Counted from the first letter of the stretch, positions 36,166-46,544 are shown. The stretch: 64,000 nt of DNA from a virus (IMGVR_UViG_3300035494_000066); one strand, 5' to 3'. Translations and numbers: made by a program. Notes: generated by a model not told the origin, from the letters alone.

Positions 36166-36909
36166 TTAATTACGGTACCAAACTGAATCCACTGTGCCAG
36201 AGTCAGTTGTTATTTGTACTCGGATAGCCGAAAAAACACCAGTGGCTGAAATAATGTGGGTTCCAGTGTCGGCTGTGAGGCTGATATCAGCCACTGGGAG
36301 ATAATCCGATGAACTAGCTGTAGTTGATTCGATCATAGTAGCTAGTAGTTCTACCCGGCCGGAAAAATCAGTTGTATAAAATTGCACAGAATGACTACTA
36401 GAATTCTTACTGTTAACGACTACGTTGCTAGCACCTGACACAATGTCAAGTTCAACAGAAGCTGCCGGCTTAGGCATGAACCCTTGAAGTACTTGCACAG
36501 TACCTACAGTAGAGTAATTGTCATCAGTGTACGCTGCAGAAACAACACCAGTGTCGTTACTAGATACTGCAATTCCATACTGATAGTGTCCAGGCACTAC
36601 GTCAACTAAGTCAGACGGTGTGATATCTACGTAAAAGAGGCCCGAAGATTGGACAACTGGTTGTGCTTCTAGATCTAACACAAGCTGATTGTCAGGCACT
36701 GATGTGATAACCAGCCTAACTGTTTTTCCTGTTAGACCAACACTACGTTGATTTGTATTTTTGCCTGTTAGTTTAAGTGTGTTAACAACACCTTGATATA
36801 GTTTAATGTCACGTGCGTACACAAAATCACCTCTGTCAGGATTTTCTATCTCGGTGTTGTGTGTAAACACCAATTCATTCTCGTATAAATAATATGGAAT
36901 AGTTTGCAT
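36166..36909 (-). CDS. putative virion structural protein (beta-sandwich domains)
   Basis: beta-rich; late promoter TAAATA 36934-36939. Confidence 0.55.
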   Translation of the reverse strand: MQTIPYYLYENELVFTHNTEIENPDRGDFVYARDIKLYQGVVNTLKLTGKNTNQRSVGLTGKTVRLVITSVPDNQLVLDLEAQPVVQSSGLFYVDITPSDLVDVVPGHYQYGIAVSSNDTGVVSAAYTDDNYSTVGTVQVLQGFMPKPAASVELDIVSGASNVVVNSKNSSSHSVQFYTTDFSGRVELLATMIESTTASSSDYLPVADISLTADTGTHIISATGVFSAIRVQITTDSGTVDSVWYRN

Positions 36910-36945
36910 GTATTGTAAACCGAATTATATGAATATTTACCTAAT

Positions 36946-37317
36946 ATGATAACAAAATACAAAGACCTTTTTAACAAGTATCCATTTTTAACAGTAGTCT
37001 CGTACAACGGCCAGGAATTTACCGGGATTGTACAAAACCAAGACTCCAATTTTACAAATTTCTATGATATCAGTCTTTGTAGAACTGCAGCCGAAAAACA
37101 ACTATTCCTTGAGTTAGCAGATCAATGGTGGTGGGAAAGTAATCGATTATTGCCCATTAATATCTTTCTCAAAACCGATTGGCTAGTATTTAAGCACACT
37201 CTCCGAACGTTTAACAACAAACCATTAGAAATTATTTGCGGACATGTTGTTAACTTAAACAACATAAATCAAAAAAGAATCAAACGTCGATCGATCCAAC
37301 TAATCAAAAAACCTTAA
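36946..37317 (+). CDS. conserved hypothetical protein
   Basis: Fills the plus-strand gap; YPFL...GIVQN...FL.L...WWWESNR..PINIFLK. Confidence 0.75.
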   Translation: MITKYKDLFNKYPFLTVVSYNGQEFTGIVQNQDSNFTNFYDISLCRTAAEKQLFLELADQWWWESNRLLPINIFLKTDWLVFKHTLRTFNNKPLEIICGHVVNLNNINQKRIKRRSIQLIKKP

Positions 37318-37892
37318 ACACCACTTAACAAATTCATATGAATTTTCACTAAATGCGCATACGATAATGAGTGCGACTTCTTAAAATAATATTCGTCTGC
37401 AGCCGGCTTAATCCAAATTTCGTTTTCAACTGTTTTCCAATCTTTACCTATTAGGTGTCTCTTTGCCGGCCGGATCATAGCCAATATCATTGCTAGCTGC
37501 ATTAAATTCCGCGGCTGCATAGACGACACTACATCAAAGTAATTTCCTAAGTGTATTAGCTTACTAACGTATTCTTTATCTGTGCACAAACGTTCCCAGT
37601 CTGGCTCGTGTTGCAACAGCCGGTCTAAGTGCTCTTGGTCTTTAACTAGCTCGTATACACTTACATTTAGTATATCTAGTTTAAAATACCCAAGGCGTTC
37701 AGCGTCTTTGTAATCAATACTAGCGCATCCAGACATTGCGTCGATTGGTATTTTATTAAAATACACTCCTGTGTTGTGTTTAGTAATCTTACCATCCTTG
37801 ATTATCGACGCAGGAGTGTATTTAAAGTGCTTTAGTACAAGTCGACGATCTGCAACATCGATGTCAACATCAGGTAACGTGTGTTTATACAT
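37314..37892 (-). CDS. miniature family-C (DnaE alpha-like) polymerase core
   Basis: PDVDID, KHNTGVY, YFKLDILN, AMIRP, YYFKKSHSLSY motifs in only 192 aa. Confidence 0.8.
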   Translation of the reverse strand: MYKHTLPDVDIDVADRRLVLKHFKYTPASIIKDGKITKHNTGVYFNKIPIDAMSGCASIDYKDAERLGYFKLDILNVSVYELVKDQEHLDRLLQHEPDWERLCTDKEYVSKLIHLGNYFDVVSSMQPRNLMQLAMILAMIRPAKRHLIGKDWKTVENEIWIKPAADEYYFKKSHSLSYAHLVKIHMNLLSGV

Positions 37893-38166
37893 ATTGCGAA
37901 AATTTCATTTTTAAAACAATAGCAACTTGCTCGTTTAATGATTTACTTAGTGATTTTAATGTAACACGGATACAGTTACGCCTAGCAGAGCGAATCGGTG
38001 TTACAAGTTCCCAGTTCGGTGATCCTATAGCATAATGAAGATGAAATTTCCTAGGTCCTAAGAATGATGTTAGTTCTGCTTCAATGTCATGCATAACCGT
38101 CTGAAGTGACCCAGACGTGCTTAGTTCGAGAACAACATGATTATCACTGTTATGCAAGTCAATCAC
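37885..38166 (-). CDS. hypothetical protein
   Basis: 93-aa ORF tiling with neighbours. Confidence 0.6.
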   Translation of the reverse strand: MIDLHNSDNHVVLELSTSGSLQTVMHDIEAELTSFLGPRKFHLHYAIGSPNWELVTPIRSARRNCIRVTLKSLSKSLNEQVAIVLKMKFSQYV

Positions 38167-38167
38167 T

Positions 38168-38899
38168 CTACACTCCTGCTGCTGTTAAGACAGACTTTAC
38201 AAACTCTTGGTCGCTTGGTGCTTTCCGAAAATGGAGTTGCCAAAAGTCCGGGTCAATCAAGTCAAACATCATTGCTACTTGTTCTTGGTTACATGACGCT
38301 AAAAAATCAACACCAGTTGAACTATTGTAGATACACCATGGACTTATCCGGCCGTTACAAACGTCCCTAACAACACGATTAGACGATGCACTTACAAAGT
38401 ATAAATTAAACGGTTTTTCTACTTCTTCGCTCCACTCAGTCATTGTCTTAATAGTGCGCTCTAGTGCGTCATTAACGTGCTCTAACTTAAGATACGATCT
38501 CAGATAGTTAGCGTAGTGCAACTCATGTGTCCAGTGATCGAGCTTGATTTGGTTCTTTAAAAGATACTCAACAAATCGCCGGAAATTAACAACCCTGGTG
38601 TTGTTGCAGTAATACCCGAACTTAACAAATGCATTGTAATACTGGCTTTTGACAAAATCAGTGTACGACTTCGTCTTACTGCCCATTGAAAACTGATAGA
38701 ACAAGTTAAACGCTTGCAACGCTAGTTGTACCGGAATATCCTTCTCTTGCATCCAGCGCCGTTTCGTTTCGCACATGTGTGCAACAACTGTTGTCTCTTT
38801 TGCAAATCCTTTGTTACAGTACTTGCACACAAACGGTCGACTTGGGGGGTTTTTCTTTTTATACTCTGCTACTTTGTTAACTAGTTCGGGTGTGATCAT
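38168..38899 (-). CDS. C2H2-like zinc-finger conserved phage protein
   Basis: CKYC...F.KE..V..HMC. Confidence 0.7.
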   Translation of the reverse strand: MITPELVNKVAEYKKKNPPSRPFVCKYCNKGFAKETTVVAHMCETKRRWMQEKDIPVQLALQAFNLFYQFSMGSKTKSYTDFVKSQYYNAFVKFGYYCNNTRVVNFRRFVEYLLKNQIKLDHWTHELHYANYLRSYLKLEHVNDALERTIKTMTEWSEEVEKPFNLYFVSASSNRVVRDVCNGRISPWCIYNSSTGVDFLASCNQEQVAMMFDLIDPDFWQLHFRKAPSDQEFVKSVLTAAGV

Positions 38900-39360
38900 T
38901 TTAGCTTCTTCTTAACTTCTTTCGGATCCATTCCGTGCTCAACACCAAGTGCAATCAAATCTTCTGTCGAATTAACGCTGCTTAGCAGTTTAATTTCGTC
39001 ATCTTTCATTGCCGGGAATATCTCTGCTAGAAACTTTTCTGACTTCGGCACTGTAGTTTTAGACATAGGAATCCACTCATGACGGCATGTACCTAACCCA
39101 GGACTTACGGTTGTGAGCCGTAGCCATTGTAGCTTAGGGTGCTTACTAAAATCAAAGAAATTTCGATTAACCTTCGTATTGTCAGATAGCAAAAAGTACT
39201 CAACTAGCATAGGGTCGCCCGATACTGAGCTTGCATATCGATTCAACAAAAACGGAGCTAGCTGCTTCTTGTCGTCGTCGCTTAATCGATCATAAAATCC
39301 GCGATCCTTCTTATCAATTGCAGCTAGTACTTGATTTAGAGGGAGTTTTTGCTTTGCCAT
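38896..39360 (-). CDS. clamp-loader small subunit-like protein (T4 gp62-like)
   Basis: L.AID.K...PFLLNRYAS...HEWI pattern in a replication context. Confidence 0.55.
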   Translation of the reverse strand: MAKQKLPLNQVLAAIDKKDRGFYDRLSDDDKKQLAPFLLNRYASSVSGDPMLVEYFLLSDNTKVNRNFFDFSKHPKLQWLRLTTVSPGLGTCRHEWIPMSKTTVPKSEKFLAEIFPAMKDDEIKLLSSVNSTEDLIALGVEHGMDPKEVKKKLK

Positions 39361-39363
39361 ATA

Positions 39364-39864
39364 TCACCACGCTTTGTGAATGTCTACAACTTCACATGAT
39401 TTGTTCAGTTCTTTTACAAAGTACACGCACTTTGGCTTTGGGCCAGACTCGAGCGGGACTGCCAGCAGTTGCCCAGGTTTTAGCTTCGGTAGATACCACT
39501 TTACTTCGGTATAAACATCAACTATGTCTATAGTAGGATACGTCGGCATAAACGCGCTAAGCGGGTTAAATTCAAACGCCGAAAAGTCCCGGCCATTGAT
39601 ACTAGTCAGATTCATAACCTCCAGATCGCCTATTTCCGGGTCGCCTAATAGAATCTTCCAGTCAACTGGCATCTTAATGATGTTGCCACCGATGTTTAAC
39701 ACCAGTGCTGGTGCGTTAAAGCTCTCAAGGAAAATAAGAGGAGTTGCAAAGTAGTCAGGCTCCGACGGGTCAGAATTGTCTAACACCATGAAACGCAAGT
39801 CGTCGACTTCATCGGGTACTTGGTCTAATTCAAATGATTCATTTTCTACTGTTAATATCCGCAT
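39364..39864 (-). CDS. conserved hypothetical protein, possible degenerate Hint fold
   Basis: beta-rich; spacing resembles intein blocks but lacks catalytic residues. Confidence 0.6.
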   Translation of the reverse strand: MRILTVENESFELDQVPDEVDDLRFMVLDNSDPSEPDYFATPLIFLESFNAPALVLNIGGNIIKMPVDWKILLGDPEIGDLEVMNLTSINGRDFSAFEFNPLSAFMPTYPTIDIVDVYTEVKWYLPKLKPGQLLAVPLESGPKPKCVYFVKELNKSCEVVDIHKAW

Positions 39865-39868
39865 ATGT

Positions 39869-40606
39869 TTATTTTAACATCTCTTGTGTATTTTTACTAG
39901 GTAAAATAGTGCTTAAAACTTCTGCATAAGGAGCTACTTCAGTGCGCATCGCATTAAAAAATGCCGAGGCAGAGTTAAGCCGAGCATCATAGTGATCAGT
40001 GCACTGGCGCACTGCTACAGCGTACTTCTTCAAAGCAGGATTCCTGACAAATTTGCACGATGCATTTGACATCTTGCCCAGAAGAGTTGTCAGCGCCTCG
40101 CTAAAAAACTCCGATAAAAAGATGCTATATGTTTGTACTGTTAGATTTTTGCACCATTTTGAATATCCATATACATCAGTTTGTAATAATCCTAGTGTCG
40201 GATTTGTGCTCAACCTAGCTCGGACATAGAACCAAGTCACAGGATATTTTTGTTGCAGTAGCGGGTCAAATTCGAACAGTGTCCGCGCGACTTCAACTAA
40301 CGAAGTGTGCTCGATTGCCATCACTGTTGACTTACTACATGCATCTTGCAAAGTAACATAAGTGCACATTTCAGAAAGCTGATCGATAAGTGTGTTAGTT
40401 TGTGTATACTCCGGTGCTTGTTTAATGATAAACAACATCGTTGCAATTATCATATTATCACGCAAGTCAGATTCTGTAAGTACAGCTGTGGCTTGCGATT
40501 GCTTTGTTTCTTCCGAGAAATCAACTACACATGTTTCGGGTTCTACATCGTAGGTTGTTTGTACATCACTAGTAAGTTTTAACTTATTGTAGCTTATAGT
40601 TGCCAT
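39869..40606 (-). CDS. hypothetical protein
   Basis: 245-aa ORF. Confidence 0.65.
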   Translation of the reverse strand: MATISYNKLKLTSDVQTTYDVEPETCVVDFSEETKQSQATAVLTESDLRDNMIIATMLFIIKQAPEYTQTNTLIDQLSEMCTYVTLQDACSKSTVMAIEHTSLVEVARTLFEFDPLLQQKYPVTWFYVRARLSTNPTLGLLQTDVYGYSKWCKNLTVQTYSIFLSEFFSEALTTLLGKMSNASCKFVRNPALKKYAVAVRQCTDHYDARLNSASAFFNAMRTEVAPYAEVLSTILPSKNTQEMLK

Positions 40607-42054
40607 AATATTTTCTCTATTTTAAACGGATACTGAGCATCTTTATAAAATGCTTTTCTCTTAGTTAAATGTCGCTTCGAAAACTTACAAGTTGATGTAA
40701 TATCCCATATCTCTACATGGTCCTTGTCCTTTGCAATACGGATTCCGCGGCCGATGCTTTGAATTACACGTACAAACGATTTTCCGGGTTCAATTAGTAC
40801 CATATTAAATATTCGTGGTATGTTAATACCAACTGCTGCAACCCCGTATGTTGATATAATCTTAAGGTTGTCGTTGTCGGCTGCAGAACTATAGTGTTTT
40901 TCGCGTTCTGCAGATTTAGTACCGCCTGACACAAAAACACTTCCAGGGATTAATGATTCTAATTCTTTGCCAGTTGCAATGCGATCAACTAGTATAAGAG
41001 TGTTGCCAGTGACCGAAATAGCACTAATAAGTTCAGATAGATATTCCAACCTAGCTGAATTAGTTAACAAATACTTTTGTTCATCTTGATATGTTTTGTA
41101 TTCAACATTCTCAACTAGCTGCATAATATTAATGTTACACTTAGCTAGCATTCCTTGTTCTTGGAGGTCAACTGCGCGAATCTGGTTAACTACGCTCCCG
41201 ATATTACATTCGATTGTAAGTCGATTAAAGTCTTCCTTAGGTATAGTTCCTGTTAACCCCCATCGAATCGGAACCCGCGATAACGGGCCGGACAGCATGT
41301 TCTTAAGGACATCCGACTTTGCACTTTGAACTTCGTCGACAATCACTGCTACAATTCCGTCAATGAATTCAGCAAACGTAATATCAGCTTCGCCGTTTTG
41401 AGTCATTTTCATTAGATTGTGCAAGCTTTGCCACGTGCATATAGTATGAGTTTTGTTATATTCCTTTTGCCCTCCAAAAAACACACCGACATCTAATCCC
41501 ATATTAACATAGTCTTTGTATGTTTGTGTTACTAGATCGCGGTTCGGAACAATAATCAAACTGCGGCCGTATGTTTCTACGCGCTCACTAAGCGCTGCGG
41601 TCATAATAGTTTTCCCGGCGCCAGTTGATATTTCTTGGATCGATTGCAGGTTCGACAGGAACTGATTAACTGCTGCTACTTGATAGTCACGGAACATTAT
41701 CGGCTGACCTTCAATGGGATGTCCATTTGGCCAGGCTCGGTTACTATACGTGTCTTCGGTAATCAGGTCAAATTTATAATCGACTTGATAATCTCTACGA
41801 TCGTCGACCTCTATTGTGTATCCTGCTGAAATTAACTCTGGGATGATTTCAGGGAGTAAATTAATATATGTCATTCCGCCAAGTTGGAAAAATGCAATTT
41901 TGCCGTCCCATCGGCCTAATTTATATGCTGGAGTATTCCTTGCGTACGGTACTTCATACTTAAACTTTGTTACTAACTTCCGGCGGTCTATTAGATCTAA
42001 ACCTGCAATCTTTACATTTACTTCATCGTTGATTATTAACGTAGCCTTTGCCAT
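40594..42054 (-). CDS. uvsW: SF2 recombination helicase UvsW
   Basis: FRDYQ, TGAGKT, VDEVQ, GLTGT, STYGVAAVGINIP, QSIGRGIR; start moved to ATG 42054. Confidence 0.92.
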   Translation of the reverse strand: MAKATLIINDEVNVKIAGLDLIDRRKLVTKFKYEVPYARNTPAYKLGRWDGKIAFFQLGGMTYINLLPEIIPELISAGYTIEVDDRRDYQVDYKFDLITEDTYSNRAWPNGHPIEGQPIMFRDYQVAAVNQFLSNLQSIQEISTGAGKTIMTAALSERVETYGRSLIIVPNRDLVTQTYKDYVNMGLDVGVFFGGQKEYNKTHTICTWQSLHNLMKMTQNGEADITFAEFIDGIVAVIVDEVQSAKSDVLKNMLSGPLSRVPIRWGLTGTIPKEDFNRLTIECNIGSVVNQIRAVDLQEQGMLAKCNINIMQLVENVEYKTYQDEQKYLLTNSARLEYLSELISAISVTGNTLILVDRIATGKELESLIPGSVFVSGGTKSAEREKHYSSAADNDNLKIISTYGVAAVGINIPRIFNMVLIEPGKSFVRVIQSIGRGIRIAKDKDHVEIWDITSTCKFSKRHLTKRKAFYKDAQYPFKIEKILWQL

Positions 42055-42077
42055 ATCTACCTTTAAGTTGTTGTCAG

Positions 42078-43295
42078 TTAACTGATGCTTGCTTCGAATG
42101 TTACGGTAAAGAAACTCCATGAGTCTATTGCACTAGTTAACGTCTTCGACATTCTTGTTGTTGCCCCAATTGGGCCTACTAATGCTAGCAGTTTCACCTT
42201 ATCATTCGAAATGCATTCTGGAAGACTGTCTGCCCAACTACTCACATCACTGAGCGTATATACTGGCACTGGACAGTCATTGACATCAGCAATTGTTGCA
42301 GCCGAGGAGCAAAAAATAATGTCATCCTCAGCTATTCCTAGTGACCGAGAAATGCACTTCCTGATATCGGCTAATGTTGTTTCGTTATACGAAAATAGCA
42401 ATCCAGAATCTTTACGATTACTAAATATCAGGTCTAAGACTTCACCAGTGACAGTTGTATTATTCCAACTCCATATGCCTGGCATAGTAGTGTTTCGTGA
42501 TGCTACTAGCTCAGAAATCATTCCGGTAGTGTCATATAACTCGATTGCTTCCTGAACACATTGTGAGCGTTCAGTTACACCTAGCGTAACCGCTAACAAT
42601 ATATTATACACGATGTTTGAAGTTTTGCAATCATTGAATTTAGACTGCAGAGACTCTGGAGCATTGACAATAACTATATTTCCAGCTTCGAAGTTAATGT
42701 ACGGTTTTTTTGATTTTTCCGAACACACACTCGCAACTTCGCGCATCTCGTTGTACAGTGCAACAATCTCCGGAGCAACGTCAAAATTTTCAGTGAATAA
42801 CGAATCCGAAAACAGTGTGTCTAAACATGCAAACTCAATGGGCATTCCTATCTTATACCGTGTTTGTCCGTATTCGTTCTTATAAAACTGCCCATTCATT
42901 AACGACATTTCTTTAATATCTTTAAACCGCAGCCATGTTCTCTCTATACATGAGTGCATTAGTAGATTGACACTATCAACTTCTTCGGTGTGCGGCATGT
43001 CTAGAACAACTGTTCTAGTGTCAGTGTCAATCGAGGCAGTATGACTACTGTCAAATTTGCGGGCTCTAGACTCCCAGGCAATATCAGACGGAATGACGAA
43101 CCTTTTCTTTTTAAGTTGCCGAGAGTACACTTTAGCCCATTTTTCTACTACGAGCCGCTGGGCGTCTGTTAGACCGATTTTGTCATTTAGGTTTTTTGCA
43201 ATGCCGTAGACAAACTTAACATCGTACCGTGCTAACTTAATACCGCAGTTCAGAAGAACGTGCACCAGCATCTCGTAAGTAGTAATAGTCCGCAC
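42078..43295 (-). CDS. hypothetical protein
   Basis: GTG start overlapping the upstream TAG, with SD GAGGA. Confidence 0.65.
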   Translation of the reverse strand: MRTITTYEMLVHVLLNCGIKLARYDVKFVYGIAKNLNDKIGLTDAQRLVVEKWAKVYSRQLKKKRFVIPSDIAWESRARKFDSSHTASIDTDTRTVVLDMPHTEEVDSVNLLMHSCIERTWLRFKDIKEMSLMNGQFYKNEYGQTRYKIGMPIEFACLDTLFSDSLFTENFDVAPEIVALYNEMREVASVCSEKSKKPYINFEAGNIVIVNAPESLQSKFNDCKTSNIVYNILLAVTLGVTERSQCVQEAIELYDTTGMISELVASRNTTMPGIWSWNNTTVTGEVLDLIFSNRKDSGLLFSYNETTLADIRKCISRSLGIAEDDIIFCSSAATIADVNDCPVPVYTLSDVSSWADSLPECISNDKVKLLALVGPIGATTRMSKTLTSAIDSWSFFTVTFEASIS

Positions 43296-44158
43296 TAGGG
43301 CATCCTCTTCATGCAAGTAATTGACGCAATCTCTTTCCATCGTTTACTAGTTTTGTACAAGTCGGCAATTTTTACAGCCATCCGAAGACTAATTTCACGC
43401 AAATGCGCTTTATTAGTTTGCATAAACGTAAGAACTTCGTCAGCCTGTTCGTCTGTTAGCTTCTGAGATAAGAATAGCTCACCAGTTTCAGCAATCTGCT
43501 CAATGCGAAGGAACTTGTCTCGGTCAGTATCTAACGTTAGGTCCAGATAGTGGCATCGTGACTCTAATGCCTCAAGGTGGTCTCGTAGCTTCTTGCTTCG
43601 GATGTTTTCGAATTTGACGTTTGTAACAAAAATTACAGTACCTTTAAATTCGAAGTCATTTGGAATGTTTTCTTGGTTTAGCAAGCGGCTGTCTGAGTTC
43701 CAAAAGATTCGACGCTTTTTACCGCTATCCAGTGCAGCTTTAAGTAGGTTCAAACTGAGCTCGTCTTGAAGAATGCTATCACAGTCGTCGAATACTAGAA
43801 CATTTCCTTCATCGGAGAATTCATACAGCTTACAGTACAAACCTACTGCGGTCATGGCTCCTTTTACTACTTGCCACCGGGGGTCGCGATCTGCAATGCG
43901 ATCTAGCAAGGTCATCTTTTCGAGCTCTTGCTGAATGCCGTGACTCTTACCCACACCCGGAGGTCCTGATACAATCATTCCTCGGATATATCCTGCGCAA
44001 GCTGCTGCTGCCATCTCTTGAAGAATTGCAAAACGTTCTGCAATCTGCTGCTTTCGCTGCGAATCACTTACATAGTCACCCGGTACAATGTACTCTAGCA
44101 GTTCAATCTCACTCAGTGACACTTCATCGTGTTCGATTACAATCGGATCCGACATCAT
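43295..44158 (-). CDS. P-loop ATPase (AAA-like)
   Basis: GPPGVGKS Walker A, LVFDDCD Walker B, IFVTN, ALESR. Confidence 0.85.
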   Translation of the reverse strand: MMSDPIVIEHDEVSLSEIELLEYIVPGDYVSDSQRKQQIAERFAILQEMAAAACAGYIRGMIVSGPPGVGKSHGIQQELEKMTLLDRIADRDPRWQVVKGAMTAVGLYCKLYEFSDEGNVLVFDDCDSILQDELSLNLLKAALDSGKKRRIFWNSDSRLLNQENIPNDFEFKGTVIFVTNVKFENIRSKKLRDHLEALESRCHYLDLTLDTDRDKFLRIEQIAETGELFLSQKLTDEQADEVLTFMQTNKAHLREISLRMAVKIADLYKTSKRWKEIASITCMKRMP

Positions 44159-44236
44159 CTACCCTCGTGTACGTTGCGTGTCTTAGTATAATACTGTATT
44201 ACACTGCGATATGCAACCGGTATTAGTCGCTGCCAC

Positions 44237-44263
44237 AAAAAAACGTAGCCTAAGCTACGTTTT
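44237..44263. terminator. Rho-independent terminator (possibly bidirectional)
   Basis: AAAAAAACGTAGC-CTAA-GCTACGTTTT. Confidence 0.8.
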
Positions 44264-44285
44264 GTATTGTATGTATATTGTACAA

Positions 44286-44987
44286 TTATTTACCAGTTGG
44301 GTCGAGAAGAATTACATACCGATCCACAGACACTACAGTTATTTCGACAGGTTCGCCGGTTGTTTGACTAATAGCCGGAACAGTTGACTTATGTTCGCTC
44401 GCGTAGTTAACAACAATTTTGTCACGGTCGATTGAATAGTCGTTATACTCTGCACCATCGACTACTACACGAATGTCATCCTTAGTAATAGGACTTGACG
44501 TTAAGGTTAAGTCAGTTACTAATTGTGTGTCTGGGTCGATTGTCGGTTTTTCACACTTGATGATGTCAATATCAAATGCAAACGTGCTAGCATACGAAAG
44601 CACAACTGGCTTAAATCCTCCAGATGTGTTTGTAATTGCTGTTCCGTTGACTGTACCAGTTGTCCAAGGGTCCGGATACGTCATAGTATCTGCACTGTCA
44701 TCGGCATCTTGGTCAACTTCTACATTTGCTATAATTAGCTCGCGAGTGCCTGCTTGGTCATAAAACTCGTTATCAAACGACACTTGCAAACTATACACAC
44801 CGGAAGTAATTACCGGATTTAACTCTACTAGAGTCATGTCTGTAGCCGACACTGTCACTGCTTTACTAACAACAGGTGTGCCTGTTGTTTTTTCAACTAG
44901 TGTAACAGTTGCAGCTGGAAGCTCAGTTCCATACGGATTCGCTTCCAGCTGTACAACAATACTGCGTTTCGTTAATACGTCTTGCAT
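44286..44987 (-). CDS. putative virion protein with a carbohydrate-binding-module-like domain
   Basis: VSFDNEFY...TRELII.NVEVD resembles Ca-dependent xylan-binding CBM; late promoter 45027-45032. Confidence 0.45.
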   Translation of the reverse strand: MQDVLTKRSIVVQLEANPYGTELPAATVTLVEKTTGTPVVSKAVTVSATDMTLVELNPVITSGVYSLQVSFDNEFYDQAGTRELIIANVEVDQDADDSADTMTYPDPWTTGTVNGTAITNTSGGFKPVVLSYASTFAFDIDIIKCEKPTIDPDTQLVTDLTLTSSPITKDDIRVVVDGAEYNDYSIDRDKIVVNYASEHKSTVPAISQTTGEPVEITVVSVDRYVILLDPTGK

Positions 44988-45006
44988 AATTTATACCTTT
45001 AATTAA

Positions 45007-45783
45007 TTATTCTGTGCCTATACGACTATTTAGTCTAAAAAAACGTACAATATCAGTTTCTAAACAAGTACCGAGCTGAACTTCTACCAGGACGGCCGGA
45101 GTGCTGCCTGTGTTTTTTATCATATGAATCGCATTAAGAGGAATGTAAACAGTGTCTCTTGTTGTGTAAGTTGAAGTTTTATCAGAGCACAGTACACTAA
45201 CAGTACCTGCTACTACTACAAATATTTCTTCGCGCATCGCATGTTGCTGCAAGCTAGTAGACATGCCTGGGGCAATTTCTAGCTTCTTAACTTTACAGTC
45301 TGGAGTGGCATCTAGTACAGCAAAGTTACCCCACTTGCGTCTAGTTTCACTGTTTTTGTGTCGGAAGAGCAATGAGCTGCTAGACTCGATCTTCTCAGTA
45401 CCGCCGGTGCCAAACGAAAAACTCACGCGCGGGTGGCTTTTGTACTGGTCTAGCTCCGGTGTCGAGTCTAAAGTTCGGTCGCCGCCATTTGCAAACACAA
45501 CAACCGAATCAGGGTACATGTTGAGCACTTGTTCAATTGCATTACATGCTGTATTGTCGATATCGTCGAAGTCTATAACAGTATCAACAAATCGGAGATT
45601 CTCTAATACTAATTTTCGCGATGAGAATGTCATAAACTCAGACCCTTTTTTAGACCTTAACCAGTCGTCTGAATTAAGCCCAACAACAAGTATATCGCCG
45701 AGTGCTTTTGCTGACCTCAAGTATGAAATATGACCCGAATGCACTGGGTCAAATCCGCCTGTGCACAATACAATTTTTTTCAT
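45007..45783 (-). CDS. cytidylyltransferase-like domain fused to a cupin (mannose-6-P isomerase type II-like)
   Basis: TGGFDPVHSGH, VGLNSD.WL, FANGGDR; R.WG, SLQ.H..REE cupin. Confidence 0.88.
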   Translation of the reverse strand: MKKIVLCTGGFDPVHSGHISYLRSAKALGDILVVGLNSDDWLRSKKGSEFMTFSSRKLVLENLRFVDTVIDFDDIDNTACNAIEQVLNMYPDSVVVFANGGDRTLDSTPELDQYKSHPRVSFSFGTGGTEKIESSSSLLFRHKNSETRRKWGNFAVLDATPDCKVKKLEIAPGMSTSLQQHAMREEIFVVVAGTVSVLCSDKTSTYTTRDTVYIPLNAIHMIKNTGSTPAVLVEVQLGTCLETDIVRFFRLNSRIGTE

Positions 45784-46544
45784 AGTTTATTAAACAAGTA
45801 AATGCGGCCGTCGAACCAATGACCTTCTAACACTAAGTCATTGATGTAACCATATTGATCAATTGATGTAATAGCCGACTTTGGTAATAGTCCGCTACTA
45901 TGCAAATCGTATACTGTTTGGTTAAACTCACAAACCGTCGACTTTTGATTATATGCAACTATTTCGAAGTGCATAGGATTATGTTTAACTGCTAGTCTAG
46001 AATCGCTGCAGTCAAACCCTGCTGCTGCTAGCATGTATAACATATTCGACGGTGTGTAATGGAAATATGCGCCCGATACTGCACTCCCGGAAAATGAATT
46101 ATACATTCGGTTTACACTATACGGGAGCGACACGTACAACATTCCGTTATCAGTTAACCAGTTCTTAATGCTACAAAGCAATTGCAACGGGTTTTTGCTG
46201 TACTGAAAAGAGTTATGCGCCCAGACGATATCAACCGAATCTGCCTTGATTATATCCGGGTTATCAAAGTCATCGTCGATTACAGTAATATTTGACAAAC
46301 TTTTTGCAGGTTTACTTAAGTTCTTTAAGTTGTTGTCAACAGCTATCACGTTATAATTTCGAGGTACATGCGGCGGTGAGGGGTCTCTGCGGGTTGCCCA
46401 CCATATTGCGTCGGCACCAGATCCGGATCCTAAGTCTAGCACTGTATCAACACTAGACATAAAACTATCGTATTCGTTTAACACATTAAGTGTTGATAGA
46501 CTGTGATCATGACTGCTTTCGTTGTCTTTAAAGGATTGCATCAT
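45780..46544 (-). CDS. class I SAM-dependent methyltransferase
   Basis: VLDLGSGSG motif I, VIAVD, DIVWAH, L..NGMLY. Confidence 0.85.
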   Translation of the reverse strand: MMQSFKDNESSHDHSLSTLNVLNEYDSFMSSVDTVLDLGSGSGADAIWWATRRDPSPPHVPRNYNVIAVDNNLKNLSKPAKSLSNITVIDDDFDNPDIIKADSVDIVWAHNSFQYSKNPLQLLCSIKNWLTDNGMLYVSLPYSVNRMYNSFSGSAVSGAYFHYTPSNMLYMLAAAGFDCSDSRLAVKHNPMHFEIVAYNQKSTVCEFNQTVYDLHSSGLLPKSAITSIDQYGYINDLVLEGHWFDGRIYLFNKL

